A DNA stretch of 64,000 nucleotides from positions 74,737 to 138,736 of the forward strand of contig JBKHVI010000002.1 of the NCBI GenBank assembly GCA_046570105.1, read 5' to 3'. Source of the stretch: Bacteriovoracia bacterium. Lineage in GTDB: Bacteria; Bdellovibrionota; Bacteriovoracia; Bacteriovoracales; Bacteriovoracaceae. Positions 56,162-64,000 of the stretch are shown piece after piece. The position numbers and the translations under genes are program-made. The notes under the pieces are model-generated. The model did not search any database. It was not told the DNA's origin and saw only the letters and a program-made list of their open reading frames with translations. Numbering within the stretch: position 1 is the first letter of the stretch; every line of letters begins with the position of its first letter.

Positions 56162-57405
56162 AGCTGTTTAACTTCTGCTAAATTAAGTTTCAAACGTAAT
56201 ACTTGATTGTCTAGCCACTCCTGACGTCGGGTCAAGTCTTGCTCGCTCTCAATACGCTCTGAATAACAATGAGCTAGACGAGAGTGCTCAGTTACTACCC
56301 GTAAAAAATCACCACCAAGAGCGAGAATCGCTTCTACTTCAGTTGAACGATTAATCTTTGGACCACAGTATACGCGCGCACCGGCAACAAAAGGCTCCAT
56401 GACTGAATGAACTGAGCGACCAAATCCACCGCCGACATATACATGACCGACGTGCGAGTAGAGTTCACACAGAACGCCTTTAAGATTAATTAAAATCGCG
56501 CTGCCAGGAATAATCTCGCCTGACCACTCAGAATTAATTTCCGTGACAGGTCCGGTGATTTTTTCTCGCCAGTGGGCGCCCAGCTGATGAGGCACTAACA
56601 TGATCAGCGACTTCTCAGTTAAAACATCTGCTCTGAGACTTTCATTATTTAAAAATTCCAAATCAGGTTCCCAAAAACTTCCCAACACCCAGCGCGAAGT
56701 CATGGCGTACTTCTGTAAATGCGCTTGAAACTTCTCCCAATGAGGAAATTTATTATTGAGCGTTTGTTCTGCTGAAGAAAGACGATTCATAATTTGTGGG
56801 ACACGCATCTCATTGGTTGGAAATACTTTAAGGCTGCAGAGATTGTGATAGATCAATTCATCCTCATGAGTGGCAGGAATGACCCAACGAAAGCTGCTAT
56901 AGAGCCATCGATAGAACTCCCGCCAAAATCTTTTCTTTAAACGCTCACGTTTACCAGTGAAACTCGCCCACACCACTCCACCGACGACAGTGGCCACGGT
57001 TGAGCGTGCCATGAGAGAGGGAAAGAAATCATAACGACACAATACCAGGCGTGGGGCCTTGAGACATCTCACCAACTCCCAAGGCGTGTGCGTAAGCAAA
57101 GGCATAGGGAAAAGGCGCACTTGCAGTGGATAACGGTTTTTAAAATCTTTCACAGTTTTAAGCACACTCTCCGAGGCAAAAACCAATTCAACCTTTTCCG
57201 AATCCAGCATCAAAGCTTCAAGCCAAGGTCGAACCTGCTCGAACTCACCCTCACTAGACACTTCAAACGTCCACTGCACATCTTTTAAGACAGGATCACG
57301 TTGGCGTTCAAAAGCGACACGTTTTCTTCCCCACGCAGTCAAGCGCAGCGGCCAAATTAAAACCACAACTAAGGCATGAATGAGATCAAGCGTGCGCCAA
57401 ATCAT
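56155..57405 (-). CDS. waaA: Kdo transferase (divergent)
   Basis: EVSSEGE, RYDFFP, LVPH, GVLCELY and YVGGGF..HSVMEP. Confidence 0.75.
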   Translation of the reverse strand: MIWRTLDLIHALVVVLIWPLRLTAWGRKRVAFERQRDPVLKDVQWTFEVSSEGEFEQVRPWLEALMLDSEKVELVFASESVLKTVKDFKNRYPLQVRLFPMPLLTHTPWELVRCLKAPRLVLCRYDFFPSLMARSTVATVVGGVVWASFTGKRERLKKRFWREFYRWLYSSFRWVIPATHEDELIYHNLCSLKVFPTNEMRVPQIMNRLSSAEQTLNNKFPHWEKFQAHLQKYAMTSRWVLGSFWEPDLEFLNNESLRADVLTEKSLIMLVPHQLGAHWREKITGPVTEINSEWSGEIIPGSAILINLKGVLCELYSHVGHVYVGGGFGRSVHSVMEPFVAGARVYCGPKINRSTEVEAILALGGDFLRVVTEHSRLAHCYSERIESEQDLTRRQEWLDNQVLRLKLNLAEVKQLC

Positions 57406-58436
57406 AAAGTCATCGCTTTGGTCTTAAATTCTCGCCAGACAATGTCCGGAGTGAGTTGAGTCATACAGACTTGCTCACTTCGAAAACAGTCTTTCTTTCC
57501 TGTGGTGGAACAAGGCCGGCATGCCACATCTAGTGAAAGAGCAACAGATTTTTTTAAATGGGGAGCAAAACCAAAAGCTTCATGAGTGGGACCAAAAATG
57601 GTGAGCACAGGTACAGCAGCAGCTTCGGCCACATGATTCATTCCTGAATCATTGCCTAAAACTAATTTTGCTTGTTGCATCCATGCCAAAGACTCTTTGA
57701 GTTTGGTTTTGCCTTGCAGATTTTTAAAGCGCTCGTGCTGAATGACATCAAACGCCTGACAGTGTTTATCTTCAGGTCCCGCGATTACGACCAAATCCCA
57801 ATTTTTAAAACTCTCGTCTTGCAAAAACCTTTGAGCAATTTCGACATAATATTTAATCGGCCAATGTTTCATGGCAAAGGAAGCCACCGGCGCTAGTACA
57901 GCATAGGGCCTGTCGGTAGCACTTTTTAATCCTCCTGCGGTGAAAGTCATCCCTTCTGGATCTTTTAGAGGTGCCAGGAGTATTCCTTGCCAATCAAGGG
58001 GTGTACGCCACACTTGCTGCCAAGGTTTTTTTATGGCCCGCAACTTAATATAACGATACCCCACTAACATGAACCGCTCAAAGCGGCGCTTATCGACAAC
58101 AAGCCGTGGAATCCACCATAACTTTAATCGCAAGAGCCACGAACGAGTGGTGGCATGCAGATCAAGCATGAGATCAAAGGGATCAGCTTCATGAATGTCG
58201 CTCAATTTTTTCGCCAAGGCAGAAAGAGTATCTCCACCCTTGCGATCAAAACTGATCACCCGATGGATATCGGGATGTCCGACTAATAAATCTTTAAATT
58301 CGGCCGAGGTGACAAAACTAATGCGAAGGTTTTGTCCATAGGTGGCCTTAAGCCATGTCACCACGGAAGTTTGCACGACGACATCGCCCAAACTTGAAAA
58401 GCGCACGAGCAATAAATGCAAGCGCTTCTCACTCAC
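57402..58436 (-). CDS. Glycosyltransferase family 9 (LPS heptosyltransferase-like)
   Basis: RFSSLGDVV, DLH, KHWP, NDSGMNHVA and IFGPT. Confidence 0.9.
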   Translation of the reverse strand: MSEKRLHLLLVRFSSLGDVVVQTSVVTWLKATYGQNLRISFVTSAEFKDLLVGHPDIHRVISFDRKGGDTLSALAKKLSDIHEADPFDLMLDLHATTRSWLLRLKLWWIPRLVVDKRRFERFMLVGYRYIKLRAIKKPWQQVWRTPLDWQGILLAPLKDPEGMTFTAGGLKSATDRPYAVLAPVASFAMKHWPIKYYVEIAQRFLQDESFKNWDLVVIAGPEDKHCQAFDVIQHERFKNLQGKTKLKESLAWMQQAKLVLGNDSGMNHVAEAAAVPVLTIFGPTHEAFGFAPHLKKSVALSLDVACRPCSTTGKKDCFRSEQVCMTQLTPDIVWREFKTKAMTL

Positions 58437-59407
58437 ACCAGAAGCCTTGCTGCTTCTTTGGCAAAATAAGTCAGAATAATGTCAGAGCCTGCTCGCTTAA
58501 ATGAAATAAGTGTCTCCATCATGACTTTCTCACCATCAATCCAGCCCCGCTCAGCGGCGGCCTTGACCATGGCGTACTCACCCGAAACATTATAGGCAGC
58601 GATCGGAAGAGTTGATTGCTCTCGCAAACGATAAATGACATCAAGATAGGAAAGTCCTGGCTTCACCATCAAAATATCGGCGCCTTCAGCTTCATCTAGA
58701 GCAGCTTCTCTAAGAGCTTCACGAGCATTGGCGGGATCCATTTGATAAGTTTTTTTATCACCTTTCTTCGGTGCACTCGCCAGTGCATCACGGAAAGGTC
58801 CATAGAAACCTGAAGCGTACTTGGCGGTGTAACTCATAATGAGAGTATTGCTGAATTTTTCACTCTCTAAAGCTTCGCGCATAGCCTTCACGCGTCCATC
58901 CATCATGTCAGATGGTCCCAAGATATCAAAACCCGCGCGCGCAGATGCCAGTGTTTGTTTCACCAAGGCTTCTAGAGTGGCATCGTTTAAAATTTCTCCA
59001 CTTTTCGGATCGACTAGTCCGTCATGGCCATCCGATGAATAGGGATCAAGTGCGATGTCACCCATCAAGAGCACATCGGGGAGCGCTTCTTTTAGTGCAC
59101 GGGCCGCTTTAAAATTAAGATTTTCTGGATTCCATGCCTCACGGGCATCAGAAGTTTTTTTGCTTTCATCTATCGCTGGAAAAAGCGCCAAGGTTTTAAC
59201 GCCCAAGGCATGTAACTCACGCGCTTCTTTAACTAATTCATCAATCGAGAGACGAGCGTGGCCTGGCATACTCGAGATGGCGGTGCGCTCCCCTTTTCCC
59301 TCACGGACAAATAAAGGCGCGATCAAATCATCGGGAGTGAGTTGGTTTTCGCGCACCAGTCGACGAATAACCTCTGAGCTGCGATTGCGACGAGGACGAA
59401 TATTCAT
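58433..59407 (-). CDS. hemB: Porphobilinogen synthase
   Basis: RPRRNR, DIALDPYSSDGHDG, SDMMDGR, YGPFRDA, MVKP and AYNVSGEY. Confidence 0.97.
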   Translation of the reverse strand: MNIRPRRNRSSEVIRRLVRENQLTPDDLIAPLFVREGKGERTAISSMPGHARLSIDELVKEARELHALGVKTLALFPAIDESKKTSDAREAWNPENLNFKAARALKEALPDVLLMGDIALDPYSSDGHDGLVDPKSGEILNDATLEALVKQTLASARAGFDILGPSDMMDGRVKAMREALESEKFSNTLIMSYTAKYASGFYGPFRDALASAPKKGDKKTYQMDPANAREALREAALDEAEGADILMVKPGLSYLDVIYRLREQSTLPIAAYNVSGEYAMVKAAAERGWIDGEKVMMETLISFKRAGSDIILTYFAKEAARLLV

Positions 59408-59835
59408 GCGCGACCCCCTAAACTTTTATAAACAGCTGCGTACATACTGATTTGTTTCACCATACTCGCTAAACCATTCGTGCGATTCATGGAAAGATGC
59501 TCAGTGATGCCGATGTCTTTTAAAAAATCTCCACGCTCGCTCAAAATTTCATCAGGTGTTGAATTGTCATAGACTGAAACTAAAACGGCGACGATGCCTT
59601 TCACTAAAAGCGCATCAGAGTCAGCATGAAAGCGCACGCGGCCTTCCACAAATTGCGGAAACAACCAGACTTGTGATTGGCAGCCTTTCACTTTGTATTT
59701 TTCTTGGCGCTCGGTCTCAGGATAAGGCGACATCTCTTTACCGAGCTGGATCAGCTCTTTGTAGCGATCTTCCCAATCATCGAAGGCCTTAAAGCGTGCT
59801 TTCACTTGAGCGATTCGCTCTTGAATTCCTGACAT
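59404..59835 (-). CDS. sufE: SufE family sulfur acceptor
   Basis: DWEDRY, VKGCQSQVW, DSDALLVKG and LSMNRTNG. Confidence 0.93.
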   Translation of the reverse strand: MSGIQERIAQVKARFKAFDDWEDRYKELIQLGKEMSPYPETERQEKYKVKGCQSQVWLFPQFVEGRVRFHADSDALLVKGIVAVLVSVYDNSTPDEILSERGDFLKDIGITEHLSMNRTNGLASMVKQISMYAAVYKSLGGRA

Positions 59836-59902
59836 ATGTCCTCGCAATTCTGAGCATTATGCCGCTCGCTGCCTCTCTCTGGCAAGACATTGACGCATAT
59901 CT

Positions 59903-59930
59903 TAAAGCTCAGACAAAAACCGACCGAAAA
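59903..59930 (+). promoter_or_regulatory. Candidate FliA (sigma28) promoter
   Basis: TAAAG-N15-ACCGAAAA upstream of the GYF-like gene. Confidence 0.45.
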
Positions 59931-59954
59931 AGCCTCTACTAAGGAAGGTTTCTG

Positions 59955-61094
59955 ATGATTGATTTACCTGCCATCAGTGAAGAAGAAATCACCTCTCAAC
60001 AACTCCCCATGTCCGATCTATGGATGGTGAAGTTGAATGAAGAAGTGTTTGGCCCCTACTCAACAGCTATGCTGAAGAGCTATGCCGCAGAACATGCTCC
60101 CATCATGGCGGAAGCCGATGTGAGTAATATGGAAACGGAAGAGTGGGTCATGTATTTACAATCACCACTCAAACCACAAAAAGCCAAAGAACCACCTAAA
60201 CTTGTTTCAGCTCAAACGCTGCAAACCTACAACAGTTACTATCTGGAACATCATGGCCAGCGAGTGGGACCCACCACTCATGCGGAAATGGTTGAGAAAG
60301 TTAAAAAAGGTGAAGTGCTGGCAACCGATCTCATCTCTTATGACGAAGGGATGACGTGGCACAAAGTTTTTGAACTCAAAGAATTTGAAGTTCGTCCTCA
60401 CCAAAGTGAACAACTCCCTGCTGCTCCTTTCGAAGAAACATTTTTGCGAGGACATGCTGAAGCACTTAAGACTTTGATGGAAGAAGAAGATCCAGTCAAA
60501 GTAGGATTAGTTTCGCTTGGCCACTTCGCACATCGCAAACAACATTCGACCGGCCTTCGTATAGAGGAAGTCGCTCTTCCTAAAGAAGTCGCCCTTCCGG
60601 TAAAAATTCATGTCCCTAAAAATTGGTGGATCGGCGGTGGCGCAGCTGCTACGGCTGCACTTGCGCTGATGATTTGGTGGAGTAATGCTCCCACAAGTCT
60701 TGATGTACAAATGGTGGAAAGTGATGTCACAACCACGGAGTTCATGGAGCCCGGAACATCACTGCTCAATGAAACACCTGCCAAAAAACGCACCCGTCGC
60801 GCTCCCGCCAGTGTACGACCGATGCGTGTGGAATCTCCTCCAGCGATGCGCGATACACGTGCTGATCTTGCCGACTATCGTGAAACTCATGATATGAATC
60901 GCGATCAATACGAACCAGCAGAACCGATGGATGTCGATCCTTATGGTGCTGACGCGCAAGTGGTACAGGATGATCGCTCTGAGTCGATTATTCGACGCCC
61001 CTCGGCAACAGAAGCTCCTGATGATGGCTACCGGATGGAAGAGCCAACCGCCAATGAGTCAGGACCAATTGTCGAAGAAGTTGGCGACTTTTAA
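59955..61094 (+). CDS. Membrane protein with two GYF_2-like domains and a disordered C-terminus
   Basis: WMVKLNEEVFGPYS and YYLEHHGQRVGPTT..W repeats, one TM segment, and an RRAPAS motif. Confidence 0.65.
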   Translation: MIDLPAISEEEITSQQLPMSDLWMVKLNEEVFGPYSTAMLKSYAAEHAPIMAEADVSNMETEEWVMYLQSPLKPQKAKEPPKLVSAQTLQTYNSYYLEHHGQRVGPTTHAEMVEKVKKGEVLATDLISYDEGMTWHKVFELKEFEVRPHQSEQLPAAPFEETFLRGHAEALKTLMEEEDPVKVGLVSLGHFAHRKQHSTGLRIEEVALPKEVALPVKIHVPKNWWIGGGAAATAALALMIWWSNAPTSLDVQMVESDVTTTEFMEPGTSLLNETPAKKRTRRAPASVRPMRVESPPAMRDTRADLADYRETHDMNRDQYEPAEPMDVDPYGADAQVVQDDRSESIIRRPSATEAPDDGYRMEEPTANESGPIVEEVGDF

Positions 61095-61118
61095 ATCGAG
61101 CTTTGTTAGCCTCGATGA

Positions 61119-61796
61119 GTGAATCTAGAAGCCGATCTCTCTAATTTTAGCCAAGTCTTTTCTCCACCAGGCCCGGGTCTGTTTCTGACCTTTGAGGGTG
61201 TGGAAGGCTCTGGCAAATCCACTCAAATTCAAAAACTCGCAGACCTTTTCACTGATCTTAGTCGTGAAGTGCTGCTACTGCGTGAACCAGGTGGCACCGA
61301 TTTTGGAGAAAAACTGCGCGCGACTATTTTGGGCCAAACCGTTGCACTTGACCCTCTAAGTGAGACTTTTGTCTTTCTCGCTTCTCGCACTCAGCTGCTA
61401 CAAGAAAAAGTTCTTCCCTTCCTGGCCAATCCGAAAGCCGTGGTGCTCTTAGATCGCTACATCGATAGCACACTGGTTTACCAGGCTTTGGCGATCAATC
61501 GCCCACTAGAAAATATCTGGAAGCTCCATCAGTTTGCTCCGCTCAATACTCTTCCTCATGCTACTTTCTTTCTCGATATTGATGTCGAAGTCTCACTGGA
61601 GCGCCAGGCAGCACGGGGCCAGGCCAAAGATTATTTTGAATCTCGTCACAAAGATTTTCAAACGAAACTCGTTGATGGTTACCGTCATGTGGCAAGTCTT
61701 TATCCCGGACGAATTCAGCGGATTGATGCCACTTCTTCACCAGAAGAAGTTTTTAATGCGATTAAAAATGTCTTGATCGCTCGAGGAAAGATATGA
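61119..61796 (+). CDS. tmk: Thymidylate kinase
   Basis: FEGVEGSGKST, REPGGT and LDRYIDSTLVYQ. Confidence 0.95.
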   Translation: MNLEADLSNFSQVFSPPGPGLFLTFEGVEGSGKSTQIQKLADLFTDLSREVLLLREPGGTDFGEKLRATILGQTVALDPLSETFVFLASRTQLLQEKVLPFLANPKAVVLLDRYIDSTLVYQALAINRPLENIWKLHQFAPLNTLPHATFFLDIDVEVSLERQAARGQAKDYFESRHKDFQTKLVDGYRHVASLYPGRIQRIDATSSPEEVFNAIKNVLIARGKI

Positions 61797-62560
61797 CTCC
61801 GCAAAAGCTCCATGAGGTTTTGCTCAAACTCGCCGAACGCAATAAGTTAGGTCATTTCTATATTTTAAACGGCCGCGGCACTCATGGTGAAAAGCAAGCC
61901 CAGTGGGTTGAGCAATTCATTCGTCAGTACTGGATACAAGTTGAGAAACGCAAACATGTGCCCCAGGATCTTAAAAGTGATGCCGATCTTTTGTGGCTTC
62001 ATCCTTGGGATGAAGAAAAAGAAGACCATCGTGATTACCAAGTCGATGACCTCACCCCTTTGATGAAATTCATGGGTTTTCGTGGACTGCAAAGTAAGCG
62101 CCGTTTTGTGATTATGGAAGACGCTCATCGTGTCAGTTCAACGGTGGCCAATCGACTGCTCAAAACGCTGGAAGAGCCTGAAAACGAAGTCACATTTTTT
62201 TGGACCAACCCACAAGGCACTAAGCTCTTACCGACGATTGCTTCCCGCGCCCAAGAGCTCAATTTGAGTTTTGGCGGTGAACAACAACCGACTGCATTAA
62301 TCGAAGAGTACCGCCAAAAAATGCTCGAAGGCGATTACCCTCTTGCGCAGTTTTTAGATGAAGCAAAAAAAGAGGCGCCGCAATTACTGGATGAACTTTT
62401 GAGCTATGAAACTCGCCACGACGGACCGGCCCAATTAAAACAGGAATTATTGACCATGACTCGTGAGTGGAAAAAGGCACAGACCTTTAACCAACCCACC
62501 GCTCCACGTCTGCAGTGGATTTACACCTATATGAGCGCCAGATTCCGCACTGGACGTTGA
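61793..62560 (+). CDS. holB: DNA polymerase III delta-prime-like subunit (short, divergent)
   Basis: EDAHRV..ANRLLKTLEEP and LLPTIASR; located between tmk and ricT. Confidence 0.75.
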   Translation: MTPQKLHEVLLKLAERNKLGHFYILNGRGTHGEKQAQWVEQFIRQYWIQVEKRKHVPQDLKSDADLLWLHPWDEEKEDHRDYQVDDLTPLMKFMGFRGLQSKRRFVIMEDAHRVSSTVANRLLKTLEEPENEVTFFWTNPQGTKLLPTIASRAQELNLSFGGEQQPTALIEEYRQKMLEGDYPLAQFLDEAKKEAPQLLDELLSYETRHDGPAQLKQELLTMTREWKKAQTFNQPTAPRLQWIYTYMSARFRTGR

Positions 62561-62615
62561 CTTCTCCTCTCCCGCCAGTCACCATGAAGGGCCAAGGCAA
62601 GGTAGTGGAATATAT

Positions 62616-64000
62616 ATGGATTCATCATCTTCTGACACTCCGCAAAGTGCAGACGAAAATATAGACGGCGAACTTAAAACAGACTTGAACTCAGACGAAT
62701 CACAAAATGATTCTAACGAGTCCAATGAACCGGCCGAGCCGCAAAACGAGTTCGATCGCGCTGACGCAGAAGTAGCAGCTCAATTCAAAGACTTTCAAGT
62801 CCTACGCTTTGTGCGCGTGCGCTTTCCTGGCAACAATCGCTCATTCGCTTTTTATATCGCTGATAAAGACTATCATCTCGGTCAAAAAGTATTGGCGATG
62901 TCTGACCGTGGCATGGCCGTCGGCTTTGTAAACTCATCGGCCTATGAATTAAAGTTTCACCGCGGTCTTCTCCCTGTTCGCAGTATTGTCAAAGTCGCCT
63001 CCAAAGATGATCTGCATTTTGACGAAGAGGCGTTCCGCCAAGAAAAACGTCTGCGCGAGATCTGTGATCGCGCTATTGAACGCAATCAACTCGATATGGC
63101 CCTCACGCAAGTTGAACTCTCGCAGATGGGCAAAAAAGCCATTTTCTATTTTACCGCTCCTACGCGCGTAGATTTCCGAGGCCTCGTGCATGAACTGGTC
63201 GGTGAGCTTAAAATGCGCATTGAACTGCGCCAGATCTCAGTGCGTGACCGTGCCGCTGCTGTTGGCGGATTGGGACCGTGTGGTCGCGAGCTGTGTTGCT
63301 CAAGCTTCCTAGCGAAATACGGCAACGTCGGCATTAAGCTCGCAAAAAACCAAGATCTCTCGCTCAACTCATCCAAGATCAATGGCGTCTGTGGTCAGCT
63401 CAAGTGCTGTCTCACTTATGAAGACGAAGTTTATCAAGAGAAGCGCAAAAAAATGCCACGAGACAATGCTCTGGTGAAAACCAAAGACGGCAACGTCGGC
63501 AAAGTCATTCGCCTCCATGTTTTGATCGAACAATTCGAAACCATTTCACCGGACGGAGTGATTCGTCGTTATGTTTCAGACATGTGGGATGGCCTCGCTG
63601 AAGGTCTCGAGATCCCTAAGTATTTTGAAAATGGCGTGACTGATAATTCCAAAACAGTCATTGGTATGGATAAAGTCTTGGCCGATAAAGCTCAACAGCA
63701 CGAAAAAGATATCAAAGAAGCCAAACAGAGTGCTCAAGGCTATGCCGACGACATTTTTGAAAAACTCTTTGGTAGTAAAACGCTCGATTGGGCCTTGCCA
63801 GAAATCAGCGAACCCAACGCCGGCACTCGCAGAGTCATCACACCTGATGAAGAAGAAGAAATTATCTACGTCGCTCCGGAAGATGAATTACTCGACGATG
63901 AAGACGGTGATGATCTAGAAGACGAAGGCGAAGAAGAAGTTATCGAGACTCGCCCACAACCTCAGCACCAGCAGCGTTCCCAACAGCAGCGCTCTCAGCA
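62616..64000 (+). CDS. ricT: PSP1/RicT (YaaT) family protein, truncated by the window end and absent from the ORF track
   Basis: ATG 62616 (MDSSSSD...); VDFRGLV, RIELRQISVRDRA, GPCGRELCC and INGVCGQLKCCLTYE; no stop before the window end. Confidence 0.9.
   Translation, partial: MDSSSSDTPQSADENIDGELKTDLNSDESQNDSNESNEPAEPQNEFDRADAEVAAQFKDFQVLRFVRVRFPGNNRSFAFYIADKDYHLGQKVLAMSDRGMAVGFVNSSAYELKFHRGLLPVRSIVKVASKDDLHFDEEAFRQEKRLREICDRAIERNQLDMALTQVELSQMGKKAIFYFTAPTRVDFRGLVHELVGELKMRIELRQISVRDRAAAVGGLGPCGRELCCSSFLAKYGNVGIKLAKNQDLSLNSSKINGVCGQLKCCLTYEDEVYQEKRKKMPRDNALVKTKDGNVGKVIRLHVLIEQFETISPDGVIRRYVSDMWDGLAEGLEIPKYFENGVTDNSKTVIGMDKVLADKAQQHEKDIKEAKQSAQGYADDIFEKLFGSKTLDWALPEISEPNAGTRRVITPDEEEEIIYVAPEDELLDDEDGDDLEDEGEEEVIETRPQPQHQQRSQQQRSQ

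Noticed and set aside
1..64000. CRISPR arrays, rRNA genes, IS transposases, prophage genes
   Set aside because: No regularly spaced repeats or recognisable motifs found by eye

Overview
A 64-kb chromosomal window from what appears to be a predatory Bdellovibrionota bacterium (Bacteriovoracaceae-like). This is inferred from the dense secreted hydrolases, the Bdellovibrio-type HNH protein and the tmk-holB-ricT and tilS-ftsH-folP gene order. Housekeeping content: tilS-ftsH-folP, tRNA-Met(CAT), tex, a Xer-type recombinase, a lolE-like permease, fadIJ-like genes, waaA and a GT9 transferase, hemB, sufE, tmk, holB and a partial ricT. Accessory content: a PHB-scavenging trio (depolymerase, 3-hydroxybutyrate dehydrogenase, GntP permease), a metal-linked ECF sigma operon with MerT/MerP-like genes, a desaturase/P450/regulator set, three subtilases and a trypsin-like protease. 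The most striking locus is 28-41 kb. A three-gene operon, preceded by a sigma54-like promoter, encodes a 1246-aa circularly permuted ATP-grasp ligase fused to an HEXXH metallopeptidase with a poly-Gln tail, a membrane-anchored protein and an outer-membrane barrel. It is bracketed by two secreted protein-glutaminases, with a transglutaminase and a secreted pyroglutamyl peptidase further downstream. A 166-bp structured intergenic element with perfect 19-bp terminal inverted repeats lies at 20067-20232. No rRNA, CRISPR array or transposase was seen. Family assignments are by motif recognition only; no searches were run.
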